Shown piece after piece: positions 24,688 through 33,310 of a stretch of 64,000 nt of DNA. Under the pieces are notes generated by a model. The model saw nothing but the letters and a program-made list of their open reading frames with translations. It was not told the DNA's origin and made no database searches. The stretch comes from an uncultured Clostridia bacterium (lineage in GTDB: Bacteria; Bacillota; Clostridia; TANB77; CAG-508). The stretch is from positions 198 to 64,197 of the forward strand of contig CALXCA010000008.1 of the NCBI GenBank assembly GCA_944386685.1, written 5' to 3'. A program made the position numbers and the translations under genes. The first letter of the stretch is position 1; every line of letters starts with the position of its first letter.

Positions 24688-26904
24688 TTATTCAACATCA
24701 CTTCTAGAAAAGATTGTTGCTGGTGGATTTTTTAATATATCAATTAAAGGTAATAATCCAAATAATATATTAATTCCATAAACAATGATAATACTAATTA
24801 TTACAACTAATGGATTTATAATAAATAATTTTGCAATTTCTGGTACTTTTATAAGTTCATTTAAAATAAATGTCATCAAAATTATACCAGGAAGACTTGA
24901 AATTGTTGTAATTGCTAATATTTCTCCCAAAAACTTTTTGTAAATATCTAGTTTTCTTATTCCTATTGCTCTTAATATTCCTACTTCTTTAATTCTAGAT
25001 AAAAAAGAAGATTTCATCATTAAATATATTTCTAATAAAGAAACAATTAGTAACAATCCAGAAAATCCCAATGTAGTATATACTTGTGCTTTTTGTTTTT
25101 CAATATAATTTTCCTTTTCATATTCATAAATATCTATTACATTTAAATCATAAACATTTTCAAAATTTGTTTTTACATCTTCCTTATTTTTGGTATATAC
25201 AGAAAACATACTATTTGAACAAATTAAATTATATTTTATTGTATTATTATTTACTAAATAATTTGTTCTGTATGTTTTGCTCTCATAATATCCAACTACT
25301 TTTAAGTTAGTGTTATTTACTTTTATATTTACATCCTCATTCTTTTTAGAAATATTTACTATTGTTTCATAATCATTTATAGGCAATTGCCCTTCTACTA
25401 AATTAATATCATCTTTTAACAATTCATAATCTAATAATTTTTCTGGATTTTTTTCTTTACTATTATCAGTCATCATGCTAGGTAATGACATTTCTATATC
25501 ATTAGTATTGTCTAATATATTTATAAAATTCCTTTTATATGTATATATTGATTGACTTTTATTGTCTGTTATTCCTACAATTATAAAATTAGGCATATTA
25601 TCTATTTCTAATTTTTTATTTAAAACATCTTTTGCTTCTTTTATTCCTAATTCAATTGCAATTCCATCATCTGAATTTATTGAGTTTCCATCTATTAATG
25701 TGTCAATTCTATCAATAACTAACTTGTCTATAACAACTTCATACTGATTTTCTGGTAATCTTCCATAAGCAATTTGTTTATTATCTAAATTTTCAACATC
25801 AAGTAACGAAGCAGTAACTTTTAATTTGTAATTTGCTGTTTGCTCATAATCATCAAATAATAATTCAAAATTCACTAAACTATTACCAGGAATTATATAG
25901 TCAATTCCAACAGTTTTCTCATATTTATAAAAATCTTCTATACTTACTTGTCCTACATCTATTTGCAGATAATTTTTATCAAAAATAGAGTAATCACTTT
26001 CTTTTATATTTAATATTCCAAAAATATTACTTATTGAATAAACTACAAAAAGTGCAGTTGCAAAATAACCAGTCATCAATAATTTTTTTAATAATGGATA
26101 TGTTGATATTTTCTTTAAGCCATTTATTAAAGATGGTATAAATTTATATACAGAATAGTATTTATTTCTAGGAATTTGTAATTTGCTAATATCAAAATTG
26201 CTATTATCGTGAGATTCCTTTTCTGTATTTTCATAGTCATTTATAACTTTTCCGTCTTTGATTTCTATAATTCTTGAAGCATATAGTTTTGCAAGTTCAA
26301 CTTCATGTGTTACAAGTATTACTAATTTTTCTTTTGAAATTGATTTTAGTATATTCATAACTTCTAAAGAATTTTTACTATCTAAGTTTCCTGTTGGTTC
26401 ATCAGCAATAAGTATATTGGGATTTTTTATAATTGCTCTAGCAATTGCCACTCTTTGTTTTTGACCTCCAGATAAAGATTTTGCTAATCTATTTCTATAT
26501 TTGTTCATATTTAAAGCATCTAATACATATTTAACTCTTTTTTTAATTTGCCTTTTATTATTTATTCCTACCATTTTTAGAGATATTGCAACATTTTCAA
26601 AAACAGAAATATCATCTATTAATTTATAATCCTGAAATATATAGCCTATATTAAAATTTTTTATTTTGTCAGCAATATGTGTAGATACTTGTGTAATTCT
26701 TTTTTTGTTAATATATATTTCTCCACTATCAACTTTGTCTAAACCTCCAATTAAATTTAATAGTGTAGTTTTTCCACTTCCAGATTGCCCTAGTATTGCT
26801 ACTAATCCTGTTCTTTTAAATTCAAGAGATGTATTGTTTACTGCATGAATTTTATTTTTTGTTTTTTTATTAAAAAATTTATTTACATTTTTTAGTATTA
26901 ACAT
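24688..26904 (-). CDS. fused ABC ATPase / FtsX-family permease (MacB-like)
   Basis: 738 aa. GQSGSGKTT, LSGGQKQRVAIARA and ILIADEPTGNLD, followed by a TM helix, a large ectodomain and a C-terminal FtsX-like TM bundle. Confidence 0.85.
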   Translation of the reverse strand: MLILKNVNKFFNKKTKNKIHAVNNTSLEFKRTGLVAILGQSGSGKTTLLNLIGGLDKVDSGEIYINKKRITQVSTHIADKIKNFNIGYIFQDYKLIDDISVFENVAISLKMVGINNKRQIKKRVKYVLDALNMNKYRNRLAKSLSGGQKQRVAIARAIIKNPNILIADEPTGNLDSKNSLEVMNILKSISKEKLVILVTHEVELAKLYASRIIEIKDGKVINDYENTEKESHDNSNFDISKLQIPRNKYYSVYKFIPSLINGLKKISTYPLLKKLLMTGYFATALFVVYSISNIFGILNIKESDYSIFDKNYLQIDVGQVSIEDFYKYEKTVGIDYIIPGNSLVNFELLFDDYEQTANYKLKVTASLLDVENLDNKQIAYGRLPENQYEVVIDKLVIDRIDTLIDGNSINSDDGIAIELGIKEAKDVLNKKLEIDNMPNFIIVGITDNKSQSIYTYKRNFINILDNTNDIEMSLPSMMTDNSKEKNPEKLLDYELLKDDINLVEGQLPINDYETIVNISKKNEDVNIKVNNTNLKVVGYYESKTYRTNYLVNNNTIKYNLICSNSMFSVYTKNKEDVKTNFENVYDLNVIDIYEYEKENYIEKQKAQVYTTLGFSGLLLIVSLLEIYLMMKSSFLSRIKEVGILRAIGIRKLDIYKKFLGEILAITTISSLPGIILMTFILNELIKVPEIAKLFIINPLVVIISIIIVYGINILFGLLPLIDILKNPPATIFSRSDVE

Positions 26905-26909
26905 ATTAT

Positions 26910-29105
26910 TTACATCTCCTCTTCATAAAAAGTACTTATTATTGTTTTTTTGAATATATTTCTTTGTATTTTAATTGAAACAATTATTACAATGAAAAAT
27001 ATAACTGCATAAACCAAAATATATTCTTTCAAGCCTATAAATTTAACTAAATTATTAATATATTCAATCATAACAAATTTTGTTTTAAGTAAATTTATAA
27101 TTAAAAATGTTATTAAATATGCTAAATTAGAAACTAAGAATAGTTCTGTAAATAATATCTTTCTTTCTAGCTTATCATTAGCTCCTAATGTTCTTAAAAT
27201 TGCATAATAAGAATTTCTTGATTTCATCACTATTCTTATTACTAAATAAGATATAAGAAATAATATAAATATTAAAACTATTGTTACAATTATTTTTGTT
27301 ATCTTTAGTATCTGCTCTTCTAATTTGATTTCATCTACTTTGAAATCTTCTATCTTTTTTGTATCTATTCCAATATTGGTTAATTCTAAAATTGTTTTAT
27401 CAATATTATTTATGTCTTTTACAAATACACTAGACTGATAATTTGATAAATTATATAAATTTTCATAATCTTCATTATTTATAAATATTCCAAATGTATA
27501 TAATTGATAATTTGAATATCCTGTATAATTTTGAAAATTATTAATTGTAAATATATTATTAATAGTTAAATCCAATTGTTTCTCACAACAAATATTATTT
27601 ACATTTATTGTGAGATTTTCCCCTACTAAATTCTCTCCAAAACTTTCATTAACAACAGCATTTCCTTTTTCTACATTTTCACTCGGAAAAATTACTGCAT
27701 TTGAATTTGTATTATTTTTAAGAATTGTTGTTTTACTGTAAATTCTATTTATAAATGATGTTAGCTCTTTGATTTTCAAATTTGATATATATATTTTTGA
27801 ATCATATTCATCAATTTTTTCATTAAATACAATTCCTACAACTTTTAGATTTTTTAATATATCATTTGTTGTTTCATTTTCAATTGAAAATCTATTATCT
27901 AATATTTGGTCTAATGAATTTTTAATGTTTTGATTTATTTTACTTGTTTGTAATATTATTTCATCATCTGATTTAGGCATTCTGCCTAAATCAATTTTTT
28001 CTTTAAAATAATCTATATCTTGAATACTACAATTAAAATTAATTTCACCATAAACAGAGCTTCTTCCTAACTTAACATTACAATCAAGAAATAAATCATT
28101 TTCTACTATATAATCTATATTAGAAATTTCTTTAATTTTTTTATAATCTTCTTGCGAAAAGTATGTTTTATCTTTTTTCTTTATCAGAATTCTATTTTCC
28201 GACAAGTCTTTAAAATACATACTATTTCCATCTAAAGTTTCTTGATATTCTGCAAATTTAAAGTTTGAATATTCAAAAAATAATGTAATTGAAACTACAA
28301 AAAAAACAAAAAATAGCAATATAAATTTTGATTTAATATTAAATGCATTTCTTATTCCTATTTTTATTATATTTTTAAGTTTCATTTTTTTATTATTAAG
28401 TTCTCTTACTTTAATATTATTTTCAATATTTTTTATTTCTCTATTTTCAATAATTTCTCCATCATGCATTTTAATAATTCTACTAGCATATTTTTCAAAT
28501 TGTTCTAAATTGTGTGTTACAATAATTACCAATTTATCTTTTGCAACATTTTTTAATATTTCTATTACATTTTTTGCAGAGTTAGAATCTAGATTGCCTG
28601 TTGGTTCATCTGCTACAATTATTGGAGTATCTTTTACTATTGCTCTAGCAATTGCAACTCTTTGTTTTTGACCTCCAGATAATTTAGATACTTTGGTGTT
28701 CTTAAAACTTGTTAGTCCAACTTTATCTATTATTTCTAATGCTCGTTTCTTTATAAGCTTTTCTTTATATCCATTTATTAACAACATTAGTTCTACGTTC
28801 TGATAAACTGTATAACTATTAATTAAATTAAAGTCTTGAAATATGTTTGCAATAAATTTTCTTCTATATTCTTCAAACTCAACTTTCGTATAAGAGCTTG
28901 TTTCTTTGCCATTTATAAGCATTTCTCCTTCTTCATAACTGTCTAAACCTGATATTACATTTAATAAAGTTGTCTTTCCACTTCCAGATTCTCCTGTAAT
29001 TACTACAAATTCTCCAATTTTTAAATTTAAATCTACTTTAAGAATACCAGTTGTTATATTACCATCTGTATTATAAAATTTTGACACTTTTTTTAATTCT
29101 AACAT
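26910..29105 (-). CDS. fused ABC ATPase / FtsX-family permease (MacB-like), tandem paralog
   Basis: 731 aa. GESGSGKTT, LSGGQKQRVAIARA and IIVADEPTGNLD, with the same architecture as its neighbour. Confidence 0.85.
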   Translation of the reverse strand: MLELKKVSKFYNTDGNITTGILKVDLNLKIGEFVVITGESGSGKTTLLNVISGLDSYEEGEMLINGKETSSYTKVEFEEYRRKFIANIFQDFNLINSYTVYQNVELMLLINGYKEKLIKKRALEIIDKVGLTSFKNTKVSKLSGGQKQRVAIARAIVKDTPIIVADEPTGNLDSNSAKNVIEILKNVAKDKLVIIVTHNLEQFEKYASRIIKMHDGEIIENREIKNIENNIKVRELNNKKMKLKNIIKIGIRNAFNIKSKFILLFFVFFVVSITLFFEYSNFKFAEYQETLDGNSMYFKDLSENRILIKKKDKTYFSQEDYKKIKEISNIDYIVENDLFLDCNVKLGRSSVYGEINFNCSIQDIDYFKEKIDLGRMPKSDDEIILQTSKINQNIKNSLDQILDNRFSIENETTNDILKNLKVVGIVFNEKIDEYDSKIYISNLKIKELTSFINRIYSKTTILKNNTNSNAVIFPSENVEKGNAVVNESFGENLVGENLTINVNNICCEKQLDLTINNIFTINNFQNYTGYSNYQLYTFGIFINNEDYENLYNLSNYQSSVFVKDINNIDKTILELTNIGIDTKKIEDFKVDEIKLEEQILKITKIIVTIVLIFILFLISYLVIRIVMKSRNSYYAILRTLGANDKLERKILFTELFLVSNLAYLITFLIINLLKTKFVMIEYINNLVKFIGLKEYILVYAVIFFIVIIVSIKIQRNIFKKTIISTFYEEEM

Positions 29106-29227
29106 TTTCCATTTTTCTCTTTCATTATTTTACATTATTTTACTTATAATATATCAAAGTGGACTATTATTTGCAATACTTTTTTTATATTTTTAAGTTC
29201 TAACGCTTGCATCTGTTATTTAATAGG

Positions 29228-29288
29228 TGCATCTGTTTTAGCGAAGCTCTTTTCTAGTATAGGAAAATTGATTTTTCCTATACTAGAA
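29228..29288. repeat. dispersed intergenic repeat, family A box plus a perfect 16-bp hairpin
   Basis: GTGCATCTGTTTTAGCGAAGCTCTTTT, followed by TTCTAGTATAGGAAAA-TTGAT-TTTTCCTATACTAGAA. Confidence 0.8.
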
Positions 29289-29344
29289 AAAAAGGTGCAA
29301 GCAATGCTCACACCTCCATTGTAACTAAGTAAGATTTTGTACCT

Positions 29345-30217
29345 TTAATTAGGAATATCAATGACAGCACTTTTTTGGACAGTATTGTCCTGGAAGTGCC
29401 ACCACTCGCTCTTAAGATAAGTAAAGCCACAGCTTTCCATCTTATCTTTCAAGTAACGAGCATTTTCTGCAGATTCCGAATCCGCATTTACCCAACTAAC
29501 ATACGCAGAGCGAATGTCAAGGGTGTGGATAGCGGAAGGCATCGGCAAAACATAACCATCAGAAACTCTCTTAAGCCCCATGTCTACAGCAATGCCATAG
29601 TTATGAGAACTCGCTTTCTGGGCAAGAAACCAACTTTCACCTAAGGAGCCAAACCATTGACGTTTGAAATCATTGGTCTTGCTATTCAGATAGTTCCGAT
29701 AAGCAGATTGGAACTCCTTAGTGCAAGTGTAAGGACGGTATGCATCATAAATAATGATGCTATAACCATCTGCTAAAAAAGCTTCTTGAGCAGATTTAAG
29801 CTTCTGTGCTACTTCGTAGCGAAGCCACGCTTCAGTACCATTACTACTGCCAGTGTTATGATAAAACTGCCGGTCAGTAAGACCAGCAATCTGCTCATTA
29901 GCCATGCTAAACATATTAGCCGGCTGAGCCATATCCAACCAACAGTCAATACTAGGAATAAATTCCTTAATATTGATTAACGATGCCTGAAAACTTACCA
30001 AATACTGATTGTCATTGTACTCTACCACAAAAGCCTCGGTAGTTTCATCAACCACTTTAACTTTTGTGTTCTTAGGAATTACCAAAACCCTTTCATTGTT
30101 AACAATGTCTTGGGTCGTCCGAATCGAACAACCTTGTGCCGGGGAAGCTGCATTTGCAGCCAATGCAAAGAAACAAATTATTAATAGTGCAAAAACAAAT
30201 GTGCTAAGCTTTTTCAT
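29345..30217 (-). CDS. secreted M15-family D-Ala-D-Ala dipeptidase/carboxypeptidase (VanX-like) with an N-terminal SH3-like domain
   Basis: DAYRP, SSHNYGIAVD and EWWHF match the VanX/M15 zinc-site pattern. It has a signal peptide (MKKLSTFVFALLIICFFALAANA). It is visibly G+C-richer than its flanks. Start chosen after the GAAGGGAG RBS. Confidence 0.7.
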   Translation of the reverse strand: MKKLSTFVFALLIICFFALAANAASPAQGCSIRTTQDIVNNERVLVIPKNTKVKVVDETTEAFVVEYNDNQYLVSFQASLINIKEFIPSIDCWLDMAQPANMFSMANEQIAGLTDRQFYHNTGSSNGTEAWLRYEVAQKLKSAQEAFLADGYSIIIYDAYRPYTCTKEFQSAYRNYLNSKTNDFKRQWFGSLGESWFLAQKASSHNYGIAVDMGLKRVSDGYVLPMPSAIHTLDIRSAYVSWVNADSESAENARYLKDKMESCGFTYLKSEWWHFQDNTVQKSAVIDIPN

Positions 30218-30373
30218 TGTACTTACTCCCTTCAAATTTTAAAAAAACAAAACGACATACGTACTTATATATATTATAGTTCATATCCTAAAAAATGTCA
30301 ATTTTTATGTTTTTTTGGTTCAACATCAGTTAGAGTTATTTTGTACAATATATATTTTTTACTAAAATTGTTG

Positions 30374-30424
30374 TCAATATTGGGTGGAGTTTTCCATAAC
30401 AAGCTTTAGTGTATTTTGTTCATT
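30374..30424 (-). pseudogene. relic of a second VanW-family gene 3' end
   Basis: The minus-strand frame reads NEQNTLKLVMENSTQY*, matching QNTLKLVMEN near the C-terminus of the adjacent VanW gene. Confidence 0.5.
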
Positions 30425-30428
30425 TATT

Positions 30429-31124
30429 TTAAATTAATTTTATTATTTTAGCTTTTACTTCATCTTCTGTATTTTCCATAACAAGTTTTAATGTATTTTG
30501 TGTATTATTCTTAAATTTGAAGTCATAACTTCCATATGCCACTGCAGCATCTTTTCCCTGCTCGATATATGTTACTTTATTACTATGTTCATGTCTTTCT
30601 ATAACCTCTAATTCTGGAACTTGTAAAACAGCATTATATATTGTTGTACTTACTTGGCAGTTTCCTCCTCCTAAGCCTTGCTTTTTTTCTCCATCAACAT
30701 ATATTTCTGATTCCTGATATCCCTTTTCTGTAGTTGCTTCTCCTACAGTATTACAAAATGAAAATATTTCCCCTGGTTTTATTTCTTTTCCACTTATTCT
30801 TTTACATGTTATTGATATGTTATTTTGTCTTTCCTTTGATTTATTATGAATTTGTGTTGAAAATTCTGAAATTACAATTTCTTGTGTTGAACTATTTGTT
30901 TTTGAATCATTTGGTATCTCTCCATTTTCAATAGATGTTTTTTGTATATTTTCTGTATTATTGTCCTTTTCTGTTGTAGGCTGGTTTGTATTATTTTCTT
31001 CTGAATTATCTTCATTAGCTAATTGTGTATTCTTAATTTCTCCACTTTCATTTTTAAAACTTAATCCCCATATTATACCACCTACAACAATCAACATAAA
31101 AACAATTAATATTACTTTTTTCAT
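30429..31124 (-). CDS. VanW-family protein, membrane anchored
   Basis: 231 aa. GEIFSFCNTVGE..GGGNCQVSTTIYNA..ERHEHS..YIEQGKDAAV are typical VanW domain blocks. Confidence 0.8.
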   Translation of the reverse strand: MKKVILIVFMLIVVGGIIWGLSFKNESGEIKNTQLANEDNSEENNTNQPTTEKDNNTENIQKTSIENGEIPNDSKTNSSTQEIVISEFSTQIHNKSKERQNNISITCKRISGKEIKPGEIFSFCNTVGEATTEKGYQESEIYVDGEKKQGLGGGNCQVSTTIYNAVLQVPELEVIERHEHSNKVTYIEQGKDAAVAYGSYDFKFKNNTQNTLKLVMENTEDEVKAKIIKLI

Positions 31125-31251
31125 ATAAAAAATATTCCTTTCTTTTCGTAAAAGCTCAAACTTATTTTGCCCAAAAGTTCAAATAATATTGACAAAACAA
31201 AGAAAAAAAAGTATAATTATTATGTATTAAATTTTTAAAGGAGATTTTATT

Positions 31252-31422
31252 ATGTTAGCTAAATATTGGAAAAGAATAGGTTTATTTATTTTAATAGTAG
31301 CATGTATTTTTAATATAATGTTTAAACTTGTAAAAAAAGTTTCTTTAAATACAGAGCTAGAAGCTTCAGCAACATATGTAAATCAAACAAATCAAAATGA
31401 AAATAAAAATTTAGACGAATAA
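31252..31422 (+). CDS. small membrane protein (56 aa), not in the ORF track
   Basis: AAAGGAG RBS, then ATG 31252. MLAKYWKRIGLFILIVACIFNIMF.. has one TM helix. Stop at 31420-31422. Confidence 0.4.
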   Translation: MLAKYWKRIGLFILIVACIFNIMFKLVKKVSLNTELEASATYVNQTNQNENKNLDE

Positions 31423-31498
31423 CTTGAAAAATTTATAAAAATATAGTAATATAATATATGGCAAAAATTACTATTGTAAGAAAGAGGTGAATTTGCAG

Positions 31499-31699
31499 AT
31501 GAAAGAAGGAATACATCCAACATATAACCAAACAACAATTACATGTGCTTGTGGTAATGTTTTTACAGTTGGTTCAACAAAAAAAGACTTAAAAGTTGAT
31601 GTTTGTTCAAAATGCCATCCTTATTGGACAGGTAATTTAAGACTTGACACTAAAGGTGGTAGAGCAGATAAATTCAAGAAAAAATATGGTCTTGCATAA
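31499..31699 (+). CDS. rpmE: 50S ribosomal protein L31 (Zn-ribbon type A)
   Basis: [32 protein letters not shown]. Start chosen after the AGAGGTG RBS (the track ORF is 4 codons longer). Confidence 0.92.
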   Translation: MKEGIHPTYNQTTITCACGNVFTVGSTKKDLKVDVCSKCHPYWTGNLRLDTKGGRADKFKKKYGLA

Positions 31700-31701
31700 A
31701 A

Positions 31702-31736
31702 AAATCTCAAAAGTTAAATCTTTTGAGATTTTTTTG
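31702..31736. terminator. bidirectional rho-independent terminator
   Basis: AAATCTCAAAAG-TTAAAT-CTTTTGAGATTT with T-tracts on both strands, between convergent genes. Confidence 0.85.
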
Positions 31737-31745
31737 TTAATAATT

Positions 31746-33254
31746 TTAAAAATGTTTACCTTTCTTTTTAGATGTACTTGCATAGTCATCATTATCAAAT
31801 AATTTTCTTACCTTTTCTCTTGTTTCAGATGTTTTGTTATCATCATCTTCATTATCATCATTATTTTCAATGCTATTATCAAAATTTGTTAGTTCTTGAT
31901 GTTCTGTTAAAGCTTTATCTAATTCTTCTACTCCTGGAAAATCAATATCATCATCTTCATCCATTCTAGATAATCTAACTTTAAATATTATTGCAACAAC
32001 TACTATTATAATTAAAACAATTAATGTTCCTATTATTACATATTGTTTTAACCCCCATGTTGATGGATTTAACCAATTTACTTCTTCTACTGTTTCTGGT
32101 ACATAATTTTTATTTATAGTTAATTGATATGTAGCACTTTTTTCTGCATCTGCTGTATCACTAACAACTATAGTTATTGTGTTTTCTCCTTGTTGTAAAT
32201 TTTCATTTCCAAATATTTCTACAGTTCCTGTTTCACTAGTTGGTTTGGCATCAATTTCTAATGTTGATAAATCTTCTGTTAATCCTGCTGTATATTCATA
32301 TGTTGTTGTTTTAAACTTTGGGTTTATGTTTAGCCCTGCTATTGTTAAACTACTTAAACCAAATACATCTAAATTTGTTTGTTCTGTTGTTGGCTCTGTT
32401 ACAGGTTCTGTAGTAGGTTCTGTTGGTTCTGTTGAAACTGCTGGTATTTCCTCTTCTGCTGCTTTTCTTGTAATATTTAATGTATATGTATGTTTTGTTT
32501 TACCATCTTCTGCAACAACTACAACTTCTACCTTGTTTGCTCCTTCTTTTAATTCTACATTCCCTGTTCCAGATTGTATCTTTGCTTTTGAATCAACTAG
32601 ATTAGCATAAACTTGTACTTTGCTTACATCATTTGGAACTTCTACATCATATTCGTATTTATTTTTTGTAAATCCTGTAAAATCATTTGGTCTTATTCCT
32701 AAATTAGAAAGTCTAGCTTCACTAGATTTTTCTTCTTCTGTTGGCTTTGCTGGTTCTGTTGGTTTTTCTTCTGGTTGTGTTGGAGTATTTGGCGTACTTG
32801 GTTGCTCTGGATTTGTTGGTGGTGTTTGTGCTTCTGGAGCTTTTACCTTTACAACTGCTGTGTTACTTGCATCTGGTACAGAATCTAAATTAGTTGTTTC
32901 CATTCCATGTGCACTAAATTTAATATTATATGTAGTATCTTGTGTTACAGTTGGAACTTTAAATGTAAAATTACCTAATGATGTAATTCCATCTGTTGAT
33001 GAACCTGTTATTCTCTTATTATCAGAGCTTATTTGTTGTCCTCCACTAGCACTAACTAGTTCTAATCCTCCTGTATCTGTTAAGTCTAAAGTATATGCTC
33101 CTAATGGATCTGTTGATGTAACTACAATTGTTACATTTCCATCTCCAGAATTTACTTCTTTATCTGTTGAAAGAATACTTGCATTTACTTTAGTTTGAAA
33201 TAATATCATTATACAAATTATCATAAATATTGTGCTAATAATTTTATTTTTCAT
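31746..33254 (-). CDS. type I membrane protein: cohesin-like N-terminal domain, two cadherin-like beta-sandwich domains, a P/T/E linker, a TM helix and an acidic tail
   Basis: 502 aa with a signal peptide. Two L..L.I....F...YEY...V......V.A...D..A.....G...L..G.N...V.V.AEDG....Y.L.I.R-type repeats. TM helix at VIIGTLIVLIIIVVVAIIF. Confidence 0.65.
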   Translation of the reverse strand: MKNKIISTIFMIICIMILFQTKVNASILSTDKEVNSGDGNVTIVVTSTDPLGAYTLDLTDTGGLELVSASGGQQISSDNKRITGSSTDGITSLGNFTFKVPTVTQDTTYNIKFSAHGMETTNLDSVPDASNTAVVKVKAPEAQTPPTNPEQPSTPNTPTQPEEKPTEPAKPTEEEKSSEARLSNLGIRPNDFTGFTKNKYEYDVEVPNDVSKVQVYANLVDSKAKIQSGTGNVELKEGANKVEVVVVAEDGKTKHTYTLNITRKAAEEEIPAVSTEPTEPTTEPVTEPTTEQTNLDVFGLSSLTIAGLNINPKFKTTTYEYTAGLTEDLSTLEIDAKPTSETGTVEIFGNENLQQGENTITIVVSDTADAEKSATYQLTINKNYVPETVEEVNWLNPSTWGLKQYVIIGTLIVLIIIVVVAIIFKVRLSRMDEDDDIDFPGVEELDKALTEHQELTNFDNSIENNDDNEDDDNKTSETREKVRKLFDNDDYASTSKKKGKHF

Positions 33255-33310
33255 ATTAAATTCAATTCCTTTCTTATTTTTTAATACTTTAATATAAATA
33301 TTTAAAATCG

